From Lachnospiraceae bacterium (GTDB taxonomy: Bacteria > Bacillota > Clostridia > Lachnospirales > Lachnospiraceae), in contig JBJENT010000204.1 in NCBI GenBank assembly GCA_051880335.1, positions 1-36,880 on the forward strand: DNA of 36,880 bases. The letters run 5' to 3'. Positions 26,234 to 35,173 of this stretch are shown in pieces (within the stretch, counting starts at the first letter, position 1; each line of letters starts with the position of its first letter). The translations under genes were made by a program, and so were the position numbers. Below the pieces are notes generated by a model. That model ran no database searches, was not told where the DNA came from, and was given only the letters and a program-made list of their open reading frames with translations.

Positions 26234-29200
26234 ATGAGGGGATTTCTATTGAAGAACTGGCTGAAAAAAATATTGATTCTTGTAATCGGAATTGGATTAA
26301 ATATTGTGGGAAGGTATGTGGCACAGCGTTTCGCGTTGCCTATGTGGCTGGATATGATAGGAACCTGCATTGCCTCTTATTATGGTGGACTATGGATCGG
26401 GATATTGGCTGGGTTATCCAACAATCTGATCTTTGCCATCTATGATCCCATGGTGCTTATCTATGCAGTGACCAGTGTGACGGCGGCCGCTCTGATTTAT
26501 ATTTTTATTAAAAAGGGATTTATTAATAACATAATGCAGGCTTTTATAGCCAGTTTCTGGCTTGGTGTTTTATGTACTGTTGTTTCCACACCATTAAATG
26601 TGCTGGTATATGGTGGTTATTCTGGAAATGTCTGGGGGGATACCCTGGTGGATATGCTGCGCTGGCATGATGTTCCACTTGTAATAGCTTCCCTGGCCGG
26701 TGAAGTGATTCTCGAAATCATTGATAAACAGATTTGCCTCATCATTGCATATCTGCTGATACGTATCTGGGACACCTATAGAAGAAAAAAGAAGGGAAAA
26801 ACCCAGGCGGTAGCCGGCATTCTTTTGATCGGCATGATGCTTTCCCAGCTTATTGCACCATTACAGATAAAGGCTGCAGAAGAAATGCCGGAGGATAGTT
26901 TTACCAAAACGATTTATAACAATACCAATGGAATGGTATCTTCAGAAGCAAACTCTATTTGTGGAACAGAGGATGGATATATTTGGTTAGGCAGTTATGC
27001 AGGTTTAACCAGATACGATGGAAAGGAGTTTGAATTTATTCGGGAAGGTGGTCTGGTTAATGTTGTCTGTATGATGAGTGACAGCAGTGGCAGATTATGG
27101 ATTGGTACAAATGATGCCGGTATTGCCCGTTATGAAAATGGCCGGTATACCTATTTCACTATGGAAGATGGACTTCCGTCCAATACTGTAAAGTGTTTTG
27201 CAGAAGATGAAAATGGAAATGTTTATGTAGGAACCAGTGATAAAATCTGTATGTTCCATAAGGATGACCGGATTGAAGTAATGGGACAGGGAATCACCTT
27301 TGCAAAGGTTATGACGGTTTATCAGGATAAACTGATGGTACTGGACAACAATGGAACGATGTATGCCATCGGTGAGAATAATAGGTTAGCTCTTTCCGGA
27401 TACCTGGGAAAGGATCTCTTTTTCTATTCCTTATGTAATACATCCAAAGGATTATTAGTAGGAACAGAAACGGGAGAACTGTTTTGGGCTGATGTAACGG
27501 AGAAGGAAATTATTCTCCGCAGTCAGGTTGTATTGGCGGCAAATCAAATTTCAGCTCTTTATGAAGACAGTACCGGCCGAATCTGGGTTGCTACAGAAAG
27601 TGAATTTGGTTATCTGGATGATGAGAATGCCTATCGAACCATTTCATCGGATAATTTTAATTCGTCTATTGAGTGCTTTTTTGAAGATTATCAGGGAAAT
27701 ATATGGGTTGCCTCTTCTCATTATGGGGTAATGAAGCTTTCGGAAAGTCCTTTTGCCAACCTGTTTGACAAAATCGGAATGGAAGGAACTTACACCAATG
27801 CAGTGGAATATTATCAGGGAGAATTTTACTGTGGAACAGATACCGGTCTGGTCGTATTAAATGAGAAGTATCAGAAGATTCGTAATGAATTGGTAGAGGC
27901 TGTGGAAGGATGCAGAGTACGTTCTATTATGGCAGATTCCAAAAATCAGTTGTGGGTTTGTACCTATAGCGGACTGTTTTGTCAGGATGCCCAGGGAACG
28001 ATTCATTTTTATGATCAGGAAAACAGTCAGACCACCAGTGACCGTTTCCGGTGTATTACAGAGCTTAGCGACGGCAGCGTTGCGGTTGGAACAGCAGATG
28101 GTGTCAACTTGATTCGAGATGGAAAATTGACCGGTACGTTGACATCGGAAGAGGGCCTGGCCAATACCCAGATTCTTTCTATTGTAGAAGGAAAGGATGG
28201 AACCATATGGGCCGGCAGTGATGGCAGTGGTATCTATCTTATTTCTGATGGGAAACTGATTGGAAATTATACCGATCAGGATGGACTGTCCTCCAATGTT
28301 ATTTTAAGAATTATTCCATATGAAAAAGGTTATCTGATAGTAACCAGTAATGCCCTTTGTCACATTGATTTAGAGGGGAATATAAAAAAACTGGACAAGT
28401 TCCCATATTTTAACAACTATGATGTGATCATAGATGGAGATATCGCCTATGTAACCTGCAGTGCAGGGCTTTATAAGGTGAATCTGGAAGAATTGTGCAT
28501 AGATGGCGGAAGTCAGTTCCGGCTATATGGAGCCGGAGATGGACTGATTTCCGGACTTACGCCAAATTCCTGGAACTATAAGACAGAGGATGGGCAGCTT
28601 TATTTATGTAGTAATAGTGGGATTATTCATTTTGACGGAGGAAAAGAGCATTCCAAGGAACAGATGAAGTATGGCATTGTATCGGTACAATGTGATGGGA
28701 AAGAATTGGAAATTGCAGATGGAACTGACTATGTAGTTCCATATAATGCCAAAAATGTTTCCATTTATGCTTCTGTACGTAATTATGCCTTTACAGATGT
28801 CAAAGTACGCTTCTTTATCAAAGGCCTGGATAATAATCCAATTGTCTGTGACTGGAATAAAGTAGAACCGATCAGAATTTTAAAACCTGATTTATCAGAA
28901 TATACAATCTGTCTGCAGATTTTGGATAGTACAGGAAATCATGTTTTACAGGAAACGAATTATATCGTGCAAAGAGAGCTGAGGGCATGGGAAAGACCTG
29001 CTTTTAAAGTTTATTTGTGGATTGTTTCTTTAGAGATCCTGATTTCTACGCTTTTCAGTGTGGCCAGTATGATTTTGTTTATTCTAAGAAAAAATGAATT
29101 GGAATTAAATCAGGCCACCCTGGAGAAAAAGGTACAGGAACAAACCAGTGAACTACGCAGTCAGCAGAAAGCTACCAAAAAATTGTTCCTGCAGACAGTG

Positions 29201-30145
29201 ACAGCACTTAGTGAAGCGGTGGATGCCAAGGACAGATATACCAGTGGTCATTCCAAACGAGTGGCAGAATACGCCAGAATGATTGCTGAAAGAATGGGGA
29301 AAGACAAAGAAGAGCAGGAAGAAATATACAGGGCAGGACTTCTCCATGATGTGGGTAAAATCCGTATTCCCAATTCCATCATCAATAAAGAAGGAAAACT
29401 GACAGATGAAGAATTTAATATCATAAAAGTACATCCTATTACCGGATATCATATTTTGAAAGGTATTGGTGGCAGCCACAGGATTGCCATTGCTGCAAAA
29501 TATCATCATGAAAGATATGATGGTTCCGGTTATCCCAATAGAATTTCCGGTGAAAATATACCGGAAATGGCAAGAATTCTAGCAGTGGCAGATTCTTATG
29601 ATGCCATGACCAGTAATCGTAGTTATCGTAAAGCACTTCCCCGGGAAGTGGTACGCAGCATCATAGAAGAGGGAAAAGGCACGCAGTTTGACCCGGCTAT
29701 TGCTGAGGTAATGCTTCAGATGATTGATGAAGATAAAGAATATAAAATGAGGCAGGTTGATGACGCACAAAGAATCATCCTTGTAGTAGATGATGAGCCT
29801 ATGAACCATAAGGTGATTGCCCACATTATGAAGGATGAGCCAATGTATGCCACAATACCTGCATCCGGTGGAAGGCAGGCTCTGGATATTCTGGAAAAAG
29901 AGACCGTTGATTTGATTTTGCTGGATATTAGTATGCCTGATCTGGATGGATTGGAAACACTGAAGCTGATTCGAGAGGAATATCAGACGCCGGTAGTTCT
30001 GATGACCGATGAAAATAACTTAAATTCATTAGAGGAATTTGCAAGATTAGACTGCGATGAATATGTTACAAAACCATTCCTGCCACTATTGATCAAAGAA
30101 GTCATTCATAATATGACAGAAAGAACAGAATTGGATGAATGGTAA
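26234..30145 (+). CDS. Multidomain membrane phosphodiesterase: ECF S-component-like TM domain + beta-propeller sensor + TM + HD-GYP + REC
   Basis: N-terminal LPMWLDMIGT...STPLN...GG.SGN.WGD...IIDK; repeated D..G.LWIGT and DGLPSN propeller blades; DAKDRYTSGHS.RVA, LHDVGK, HHERYDGSGYP, ADSYDAM...RSYR; C-terminal REC LLDISMP..TKP. Confidence 0.85.
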   Translation: MRGFLLKNWLKKILILVIGIGLNIVGRYVAQRFALPMWLDMIGTCIASYYGGLWIGILAGLSNNLIFAIYDPMVLIYAVTSVTAAALIYIFIKKGFINNIMQAFIASFWLGVLCTVVSTPLNVLVYGGYSGNVWGDTLVDMLRWHDVPLVIASLAGEVILEIIDKQICLIIAYLLIRIWDTYRRKKKGKTQAVAGILLIGMMLSQLIAPLQIKAAEEMPEDSFTKTIYNNTNGMVSSEANSICGTEDGYIWLGSYAGLTRYDGKEFEFIREGGLVNVVCMMSDSSGRLWIGTNDAGIARYENGRYTYFTMEDGLPSNTVKCFAEDENGNVYVGTSDKICMFHKDDRIEVMGQGITFAKVMTVYQDKLMVLDNNGTMYAIGENNRLALSGYLGKDLFFYSLCNTSKGLLVGTETGELFWADVTEKEIILRSQVVLAANQISALYEDSTGRIWVATESEFGYLDDENAYRTISSDNFNSSIECFFEDYQGNIWVASSHYGVMKLSESPFANLFDKIGMEGTYTNAVEYYQGEFYCGTDTGLVVLNEKYQKIRNELVEAVEGCRVRSIMADSKNQLWVCTYSGLFCQDAQGTIHFYDQENSQTTSDRFRCITELSDGSVAVGTADGVNLIRDGKLTGTLTSEEGLANTQILSIVEGKDGTIWAGSDGSGIYLISDGKLIGNYTDQDGLSSNVILRIIPYEKGYLIVTSNALCHIDLEGNIKKLDKFPYFNNYDVIIDGDIAYVTCSAGLYKVNLEELCIDGGSQFRLYGAGDGLISGLTPNSWNYKTEDGQLYLCSNSGIIHFDGGKEHSKEQMKYGIVSVQCDGKELEIADGTDYVVPYNAKNVSIYASVRNYAFTDVKVRFFIKGLDNNPIVCDWNKVEPIRILKPDLSEYTICLQILDSTGNHVLQETNYIVQRELRAWERPAFKVYLWIVSLEILISTLFSVASMILFILRKNELELNQATLEKKVQEQTSELRSQQKATKKLFLQTVTALSEAVDAKDRYTSGHSKRVAEYARMIAERMGKDKEEQEEIYRAGLLHDVGKIRIPNSIINKEGKLTDEEFNIIKVHPITGYHILKGIGGSHRIAIAAKYHHERYDGSGYPNRISGENIPEMARILAVADSYDAMTSNRSYRKALPREVVRSIIEEGKGTQFDPAIAEVMLQMIDEDKEYKMRQVDDAQRIILVVDDEPMNHKVIAHIMKDEPMYATIPASGGRQALDILEKETVDLILLDISMPDLDGLETLKLIREEYQTPVVLMTDENNLNSLEEFARLDCDEYVTKPFLPLLIKEVIHNMTERTELDEW

Positions 30146-30191
30146 TGCTCATATAATGATAAAGAAGATAGACTGAGCGTGGAATGCCAAG

Positions 30192-32081
30192 TTGGATCAA
30201 AATGCACTATTTTTTGAAAATGATCAAAAACGGGAGAATCTGCTGAACCTCTCCCTGCAGGCAACAGAAGAGGATAGAAATGCATCACTGGAACTGGGAG
30301 TCGGTGTATCTGAAAGCTCCAGATGGGAACTTGTTTTAAAATATCATGGAGATTTGCAGGCAAGGATTTCGCAGATCGAACAAAGAGAAAACACCAATTT
30401 TTACCTGGAACTGCTTCTTCCCGGCTATGCGATTGTAAATGTTTTAAAAGAATGGATCAATCTTTTATCGGAACTGCCGGAGATAGATTATATCGAGAAA
30501 CCGAAAGCATTATATGAAGAAGCAGTGACACTGTCCCAGGGGAAAATAGCAGCCTGTATCCCGGAAGTGACAGAAAGAGGACCGAAACTTACCGGGGAAG
30601 GAGTTCTTCTGGGTATACCGGATTCCGGAATCGACTATACCAGCCGGATATTCCGGGATGAGCAGGGAAACAGCCGGATACGCTTTTTATGGGATCAGTC
30701 CAAAGCACCGGATCCTTCCAAAGGGGAAAAAGCTCCGGAAGGCTTCTGGGAGGGCGTGGAGTATAGCAGAGAACAGCTGGATCAGAGTATCCGGGATATG
30801 CAGAATCGAAATATCACAGACCAAAATATTACAGACCAAAATGTCACAGATCAGAATATGGCCGGAGCAGAAGAACTTAGTTTTGATCGTTCCGGCCATG
30901 GTTCTGCTGTGGCGGCCATTGCCGGCGGACAGGGCGGAGTAGCGGAAAAGAGTGGTTTTTTAATTGTAAAACTGGGAAGCGGAAATCCCCAGGGCTTTAC
31001 CCGGACAACAGAACTCATGAGGGCGGTAACCTGGATGCTGAGAAAAGCACAGCAGCTTGCCATGCCCCTTGCGATTAATATCAGTTATGGCAGTACCTAT
31101 GGGGCACATGATGGCAGTTCATTGTTGGAACAGTTTTTAAATACTGCATCCGATACCTACAAAACGGTGTTGTGTGTGGGGAGCGGAAACGAAGGAGCGG
31201 CAGCAGGCCACCTGGAACTGGAGCTCATAAAAGAATCCGGGTCTCTGGAAGATGTTCTGACCGGAACGAGACAGAAACACATCGTGGAATGGAATATTGC
31301 ACCATACCAAAGCTCCATTTCCCTGGCCATCTGGAAAAATTATGCAGATGAGATCGATGTGGCATTGACTTCACCGGGAGGACGACAGATCGTTATATCT
31401 CTGAAAAACATAGGAAAACAGGTCTTTGAAGTAGAACAGACCAGAATCCTGTTTTATCTGGGGGACCCTACTCCTTATAGCAGGATACAGGAATATTATT
31501 TTGATTTTATCGGGAATCCTTATGTGGCAAATGGCATCTGGCAGCTGGAAATTCGGGGAATCAGAATACGGGATGGTAAGCTCAGAATGTACTTACCCTC
31601 GGATGTGGTACTGAATCAGGGAACCGGCTTTTTCCGGCCTACACCTACCGGAACCTTTACCATACCCGGAACCGCAGAAAAAGTGATTACCGTAGGAGCC
31701 TATAATACCGTGTATCGGGAATATGCAGATTTTTCGGGCAGAGGATTTGAAAATATGGAAACTGCCCAGAAACCGGATCTGGTAGCACCGGGGGTAGATC
31801 TGCTGGTACCGGACAGAACCGGAGGCTATACCAGCGTAACCGGGACCTCCTTTGCAGCGCCCTTTGTGACCGGAAGCTGTGCACTGTTGATGGAATGGGG
31901 AATTGTACGGGGAAATGATCCCTTTTTATATGGAGAAAAACTGAAAGCATATCTGATCGGCGGAACAGAGGAATTGAGAGGGAGTGGGTTAACGGTGGAA
32001 GAATCAGAGACTGGAGTAAGGTATCCCAATGCCCAGGTGGGCTGGGGAACGCTGTGCCTGGCAAAGAGTCTTCCGGAATAA
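30192..32081 (+). CDS. Csp-like subtilisin (S8) serine protease of the clostridial spore-germination CspA/B/C family; start uncertain
   Basis: Catalytic triad DSGIDY / GHGSAVA / GTSFAAP; GSGNEG oxyanion motif; jelly-roll-type insertion; MEWGIVRGNDPFLYGEKLK and YPN...GWG C-terminus. Confidence 0.88.
   Translation: MDQNALFFENDQKRENLLNLSLQATEEDRNASLELGVGVSESSRWELVLKYHGDLQARISQIEQRENTNFYLELLLPGYAIVNVLKEWINLLSELPEIDYIEKPKALYEEAVTLSQGKIAACIPEVTERGPKLTGEGVLLGIPDSGIDYTSRIFRDEQGNSRIRFLWDQSKAPDPSKGEKAPEGFWEGVEYSREQLDQSIRDMQNRNITDQNITDQNVTDQNMAGAEELSFDRSGHGSAVAAIAGGQGGVAEKSGFLIVKLGSGNPQGFTRTTELMRAVTWMLRKAQQLAMPLAINISYGSTYGAHDGSSLLEQFLNTASDTYKTVLCVGSGNEGAAAGHLELELIKESGSLEDVLTGTRQKHIVEWNIAPYQSSISLAIWKNYADEIDVALTSPGGRQIVISLKNIGKQVFEVEQTRILFYLGDPTPYSRIQEYYFDFIGNPYVANGIWQLEIRGIRIRDGKLRMYLPSDVVLNQGTGFFRPTPTGTFTIPGTAEKVITVGAYNTVYREYADFSGRGFENMETAQKPDLVAPGVDLLVPDRTGGYTSVTGTSFAAPFVTGSCALLMEWGIVRGNDPFLYGEKLKAYLIGGTEELRGSGLTVEESETGVRYPNAQVGWGTLCLAKSLPE
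30810..30860 (+). repeat. 15-bp in-frame tandem repeat (NITDQ x3)
   Basis: AATATCACAGACCAA AATATTACAGACCAA AATGTCACAGATCAG AATATG. Confidence 0.8.
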
Positions 32082-32160
32082 ACTGCCTTTTAGATCATAA
32101 AATGCATGGAATAAAACTGTCTTGCCGGCAGTTGGTATGAAATAGAAAAGATATATTTGG

Positions 32161-32210
32161 AGCTGTCACTTTAATGAATGAAAGTTCGTAAAGTGGTGGC
32201 TTCTTTTTTT
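32161..32210 (+). terminator. Intrinsic terminator after the subtilase gene
   Basis: AGCTGTCACTTTA(32161-32173)/TAAAGTGGTGGCT(32189-32201) + TCTTTTTTT. Confidence 0.75.
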
Positions 32211-32270
32211 GTCCATTCAAAAAGGAAAAGATAGGGAGAAATCAGATGAGAAAAATTATCAATAAAGTAA

Positions 32271-32302
32271 TTGACAACTAATCGAAGTTAGAATATACTA
32301 AC
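32271..32302 (+). promoter_or_regulatory. feo promoter with overlapping GTTAG-N6-CTAAC operator
   Basis: TTGACA(32271)-N17-TATACT(32294); GTTAGAATATACTAAC 32287-32302. Confidence 0.8.
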
Positions 32303-32349
32303 CAGTGAAATGAAAAGGATTCTCAATAAAAAATGAAAGCGAGGATGAG

Positions 32350-32562
32350 ATGATGCCACTTACAATGATGGATACCGGAGACACAAACACAATCAAAAAG
32401 GTCGGAGGCAAAGAGGAAACCAGAAGATTTTTAGAGAACCTTGGCTTTGTAGTAGGCGGTGCTGTTACCGTTGTATCGGAAACCGGAGGCAATCTGATTG
32501 TTAACGTAAAAGATTCCAGAATTGCCATCGGTAGAGATATGGCGAATAAAATTATGGTGTAG
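32350..32562 (+). CDS. feoA: Ferrous iron transport protein A
   Basis: MPL..., RRFLENLGFVVG, NLIVNVKDSRIAI...MANKIMV. Confidence 0.92.
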   Translation: MMPLTMMDTGDTNTIKKVGGKEETRRFLENLGFVVGGAVTVVSETGGNLIVNVKDSRIAIGRDMANKIMV

Positions 32563-32602
32563 TGCATCATACAGCCTGATAAACCAGAAAGGAAAGGGAA
32601 AT

Positions 32603-32824
32603 ATGAAGACATTGAAGGAAATATCCTGTGGCCAGACAGTAAAGGTTACAAAGCTTACCGGAGAGGGCCCGGTCAAAAGAAGAATTATGGATATGGGTAT
32701 CACAAAAGGTGTGGATGTTTTTGTAAGAAAGGTAGCTCCTTTGGGAGATCCGATTGAGGTGACCGTACGGGGATATGAGCTGTCTATCCGAAAAGCGGAT
32801 GCAGAAATGATCGTTGTAGAGTAA
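32603..32824 (+). CDS. feoA: Ferrous iron transport protein A (second copy)
   Basis: MKTLK..., KRRIMDMGITKG, APLGDPIEVTVRGYELSIRK; RBS before ATG 32603. Confidence 0.93.
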   Translation: MKTLKEISCGQTVKVTKLTGEGPVKRRIMDMGITKGVDVFVRKVAPLGDPIEVTVRGYELSIRKADAEMIVVE

Positions 32825-32840
32825 TTTTTTTTGCCCATAG

Positions 32841-32856
32841 GTTAGTAGAAACTAAC
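32841..32856. promoter_or_regulatory. Second GTTAG-N6-CTAAC operator, between feoA2 and feoB
   Basis: GTTAGTAGAAACTAAC. Confidence 0.7.
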
Positions 32857-32883
32857 TAAAATTAGGATTAAAGGAGAAAAACT

Positions 32884-35013
32884 ATGTCAATAAAAATAGC
32901 ACTTGCAGGTAATCCGAACAGTGGAAAAACAACATTGTTCAACGCACTGACCGGTTCCAATCAGTTCGTTGGTAACTGGCCGGGGGTAACCGTAGAGAAA
33001 AAAGAAGGAAAACTAAAAGGTCACAAAGACGTTACCATCATAGACTTACCGGGTATTTACTCTCTTTCTCCATATACTTTGGAGGAAGTAGTTGCCAGAA
33101 ATTATCTGATCGGTGAGAGACCGGATGCCATCATCAATATTGTGGACGGAACGAATATTGAAAGAAATCTTTATCTTTCCACTCAGATTATGGAACTGGG
33201 CATTCCTGTTGTGATGGCAGTCAACATGATGGATGTTCTGGAAAAGACAGGGGATAAGATATATGTAGAGAAACTCAGCAAAAAGCTGGGCTGTGAAGTG
33301 GTAGAAATTTCTGCATTAAAAGGAACCGGTATTCAGAAGGCTGTTGAAAAAGCAGTGGCACTGGCACAGAAGAAAGCAGTGACCGCCCGTGTACATACTT
33401 TTTCAACAGAGGCAGAAGAAATCATCTCTGCTGTAGAAGGCAAGCTGGGAAAGGATATTCCGGAGGAGCAGAAGCGTTTCTTTGCGATCAAGCTGTTGGA
33501 GAAGGATGACAAAATCCAAAGCCAGATGAAAGCGGTTCCGGATGTTTCAGCAGAAATCAAACAGATGGAGGATGCTTTTGACGATGATACAGAAAGTATC
33601 ATCACAAATGAGAGATATGAATATATTTCTTTGATTATAGGGGAATGTGTGACAAAAACGAAAAAGGGACAGATGACCACCTCAGATAAGATCGACCGTG
33701 TTCTGACCAACAGATGGGCTGCCCTTCCGATTTTTGCCCTTGTTATGTTTGTGGTATATTACGTGTCGGTTACTACAGTGGGTGACTGGTTTACCGGCTG
33801 GACCAATGATACACTGTTTGGGGAATGGATTGTTCCGGGGGCACAGAGCTTTTTTGAAGGAATCGGTTGTGCAGACTGGCTTACCGGATTAATTGTAGAT
33901 GGTGTGGTTTCCGGCGTAGGCGCTGTGCTTGGTTTTGTACCTCAGATGCTGGTGCTGTTCCTGTTCCTGGCATTTTTGGAAAGCTGCGGATACATGGCGA
34001 GAGTTGCCTTTATCATGGATAGAATTTTCCGTAAATTCGGGCTTTCCGGAAAGTCCTTTATCCCGATGCTGATCGGAAGCGGCTGTGGCGTACCGGGTAT
34101 CATGGCATCCCGTACGATTGAGAATGACCGTGACCGGAAGATGACCATTATGACAACGACTTTTGTTCCCTGTGGTGCGAAACTTCCGATTATTGCGTTG
34201 ATTGCAGGGGCGTTCTTTGATAATGCAGGATGGGTAGCCTGGAGTGCATATTTTGTAGGTGTAGCAGCGATTATCTGCTCCGGTATTATTTTAAAGAAAA
34301 CCAAAATGTTCGCAGGAGATCCGGCACCTTTCATTATGGAATTACCTGCCTATCACTGGCCCACAGTCGGTAACGTACTGAGAAGCATGTGGGAGCGTGG
34401 ATGGTCCTTTATTAAAAAGGCAGGAACCATCATTCTGTTATCCACTATTATTTTATGGTTCCTGATGAGCTTTGGATGGACAGATGGCGGATTTGGCATG
34501 CTGGAGGCAGAACAGTTAGATGAAAGTATCCTTGCAGTGATCGGAAATGCGATTGACTGGATCTTTGCACCTCTTGGATGGACACAGGCCGGTGAAGGAT
34601 GGAAGATGGCAGTGGCAGCGGTAACCGGACTTATCGCAAAAGAAAATGTAGTTGCTACCTTCGGTCTTCTCTTTGGATTTGCAGAGGTAGCAGAGGATGG
34701 AACAGAAATCTGGGGAAGCCTCGCAAGTGTGATGACACCGATTGCTTCATATGGATTTTTGGTATTCAATCTTTTATGTGCACCATGTTTTGCAGCCATG
34801 GGAGCTATCAAGAGAGAGATGAACAATGCAAAATGGTTTTGGTTTGCAATTGGATATCAGTGTTTACTTGCTTATGTAGTTGCAATGTGCATCTATCAAA
34901 TCGGAACATTAATTACCACAGGTGTATTTGGAATTGGAACAGCTGCTGCATTCCTGCTTGTGATTGTACTTCTGTATTTGCTGTTTAGACCTTATCATGA
35001 AACCAGCGTTTAG
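32884..35013 (+). CDS. feoB: Ferrous iron transport protein B
   Basis: G1 GNPNSGKT, VGNWPGVTVE, DLPG, NMMD; membrane domain with FIPMLIG.GCGVP, MELPAY, AKENVV, PCFAA. Confidence 0.97.
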   Translation: MSIKIALAGNPNSGKTTLFNALTGSNQFVGNWPGVTVEKKEGKLKGHKDVTIIDLPGIYSLSPYTLEEVVARNYLIGERPDAIINIVDGTNIERNLYLSTQIMELGIPVVMAVNMMDVLEKTGDKIYVEKLSKKLGCEVVEISALKGTGIQKAVEKAVALAQKKAVTARVHTFSTEAEEIISAVEGKLGKDIPEEQKRFFAIKLLEKDDKIQSQMKAVPDVSAEIKQMEDAFDDDTESIITNERYEYISLIIGECVTKTKKGQMTTSDKIDRVLTNRWAALPIFALVMFVVYYVSVTTVGDWFTGWTNDTLFGEWIVPGAQSFFEGIGCADWLTGLIVDGVVSGVGAVLGFVPQMLVLFLFLAFLESCGYMARVAFIMDRIFRKFGLSGKSFIPMLIGSGCGVPGIMASRTIENDRDRKMTIMTTTFVPCGAKLPIIALIAGAFFDNAGWVAWSAYFVGVAAIICSGIILKKTKMFAGDPAPFIMELPAYHWPTVGNVLRSMWERGWSFIKKAGTIILLSTIILWFLMSFGWTDGGFGMLEAEQLDESILAVIGNAIDWIFAPLGWTQAGEGWKMAVAAVTGLIAKENVVATFGLLFGFAEVAEDGTEIWGSLASVMTPIASYGFLVFNLLCAPCFAAMGAIKREMNNAKWFWFAIGYQCLLAYVVAMCIYQIGTLITTGVFGIGTAAAFLLVIVLLYLLFRPYHETSV

Positions 35014-35034
35014 ATGATTGGAAGAAATCAGCGA

Positions 35035-35063
35035 TTGAAACTCTGTCGTTTTCCTATTATAAT
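35035..35063 (+). promoter_or_regulatory. sigmaA promoter of the rhodanese-TtcA gene
   Basis: TTGAAA-N17-TATAAT. Confidence 0.7.
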
Positions 35064-35173
35064 ATTGTGCGTTATGAGAAGAAAAATCCGGCGTAAAATA
35101 ACGCAGAGAGCCTTTGCGTGAAAAAGGAATAAAGTGTATTAAAAACATAAAATCGGAAAATGAGAAACAGAGA

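Noticed and set aside
32522-32602. Longer upstream starts from the ORF track (also 402, 7769, 17480, 35114, 36817)
   Set aside because: RBS position and family N-termini favour the downstream ATGs used in the feature list.
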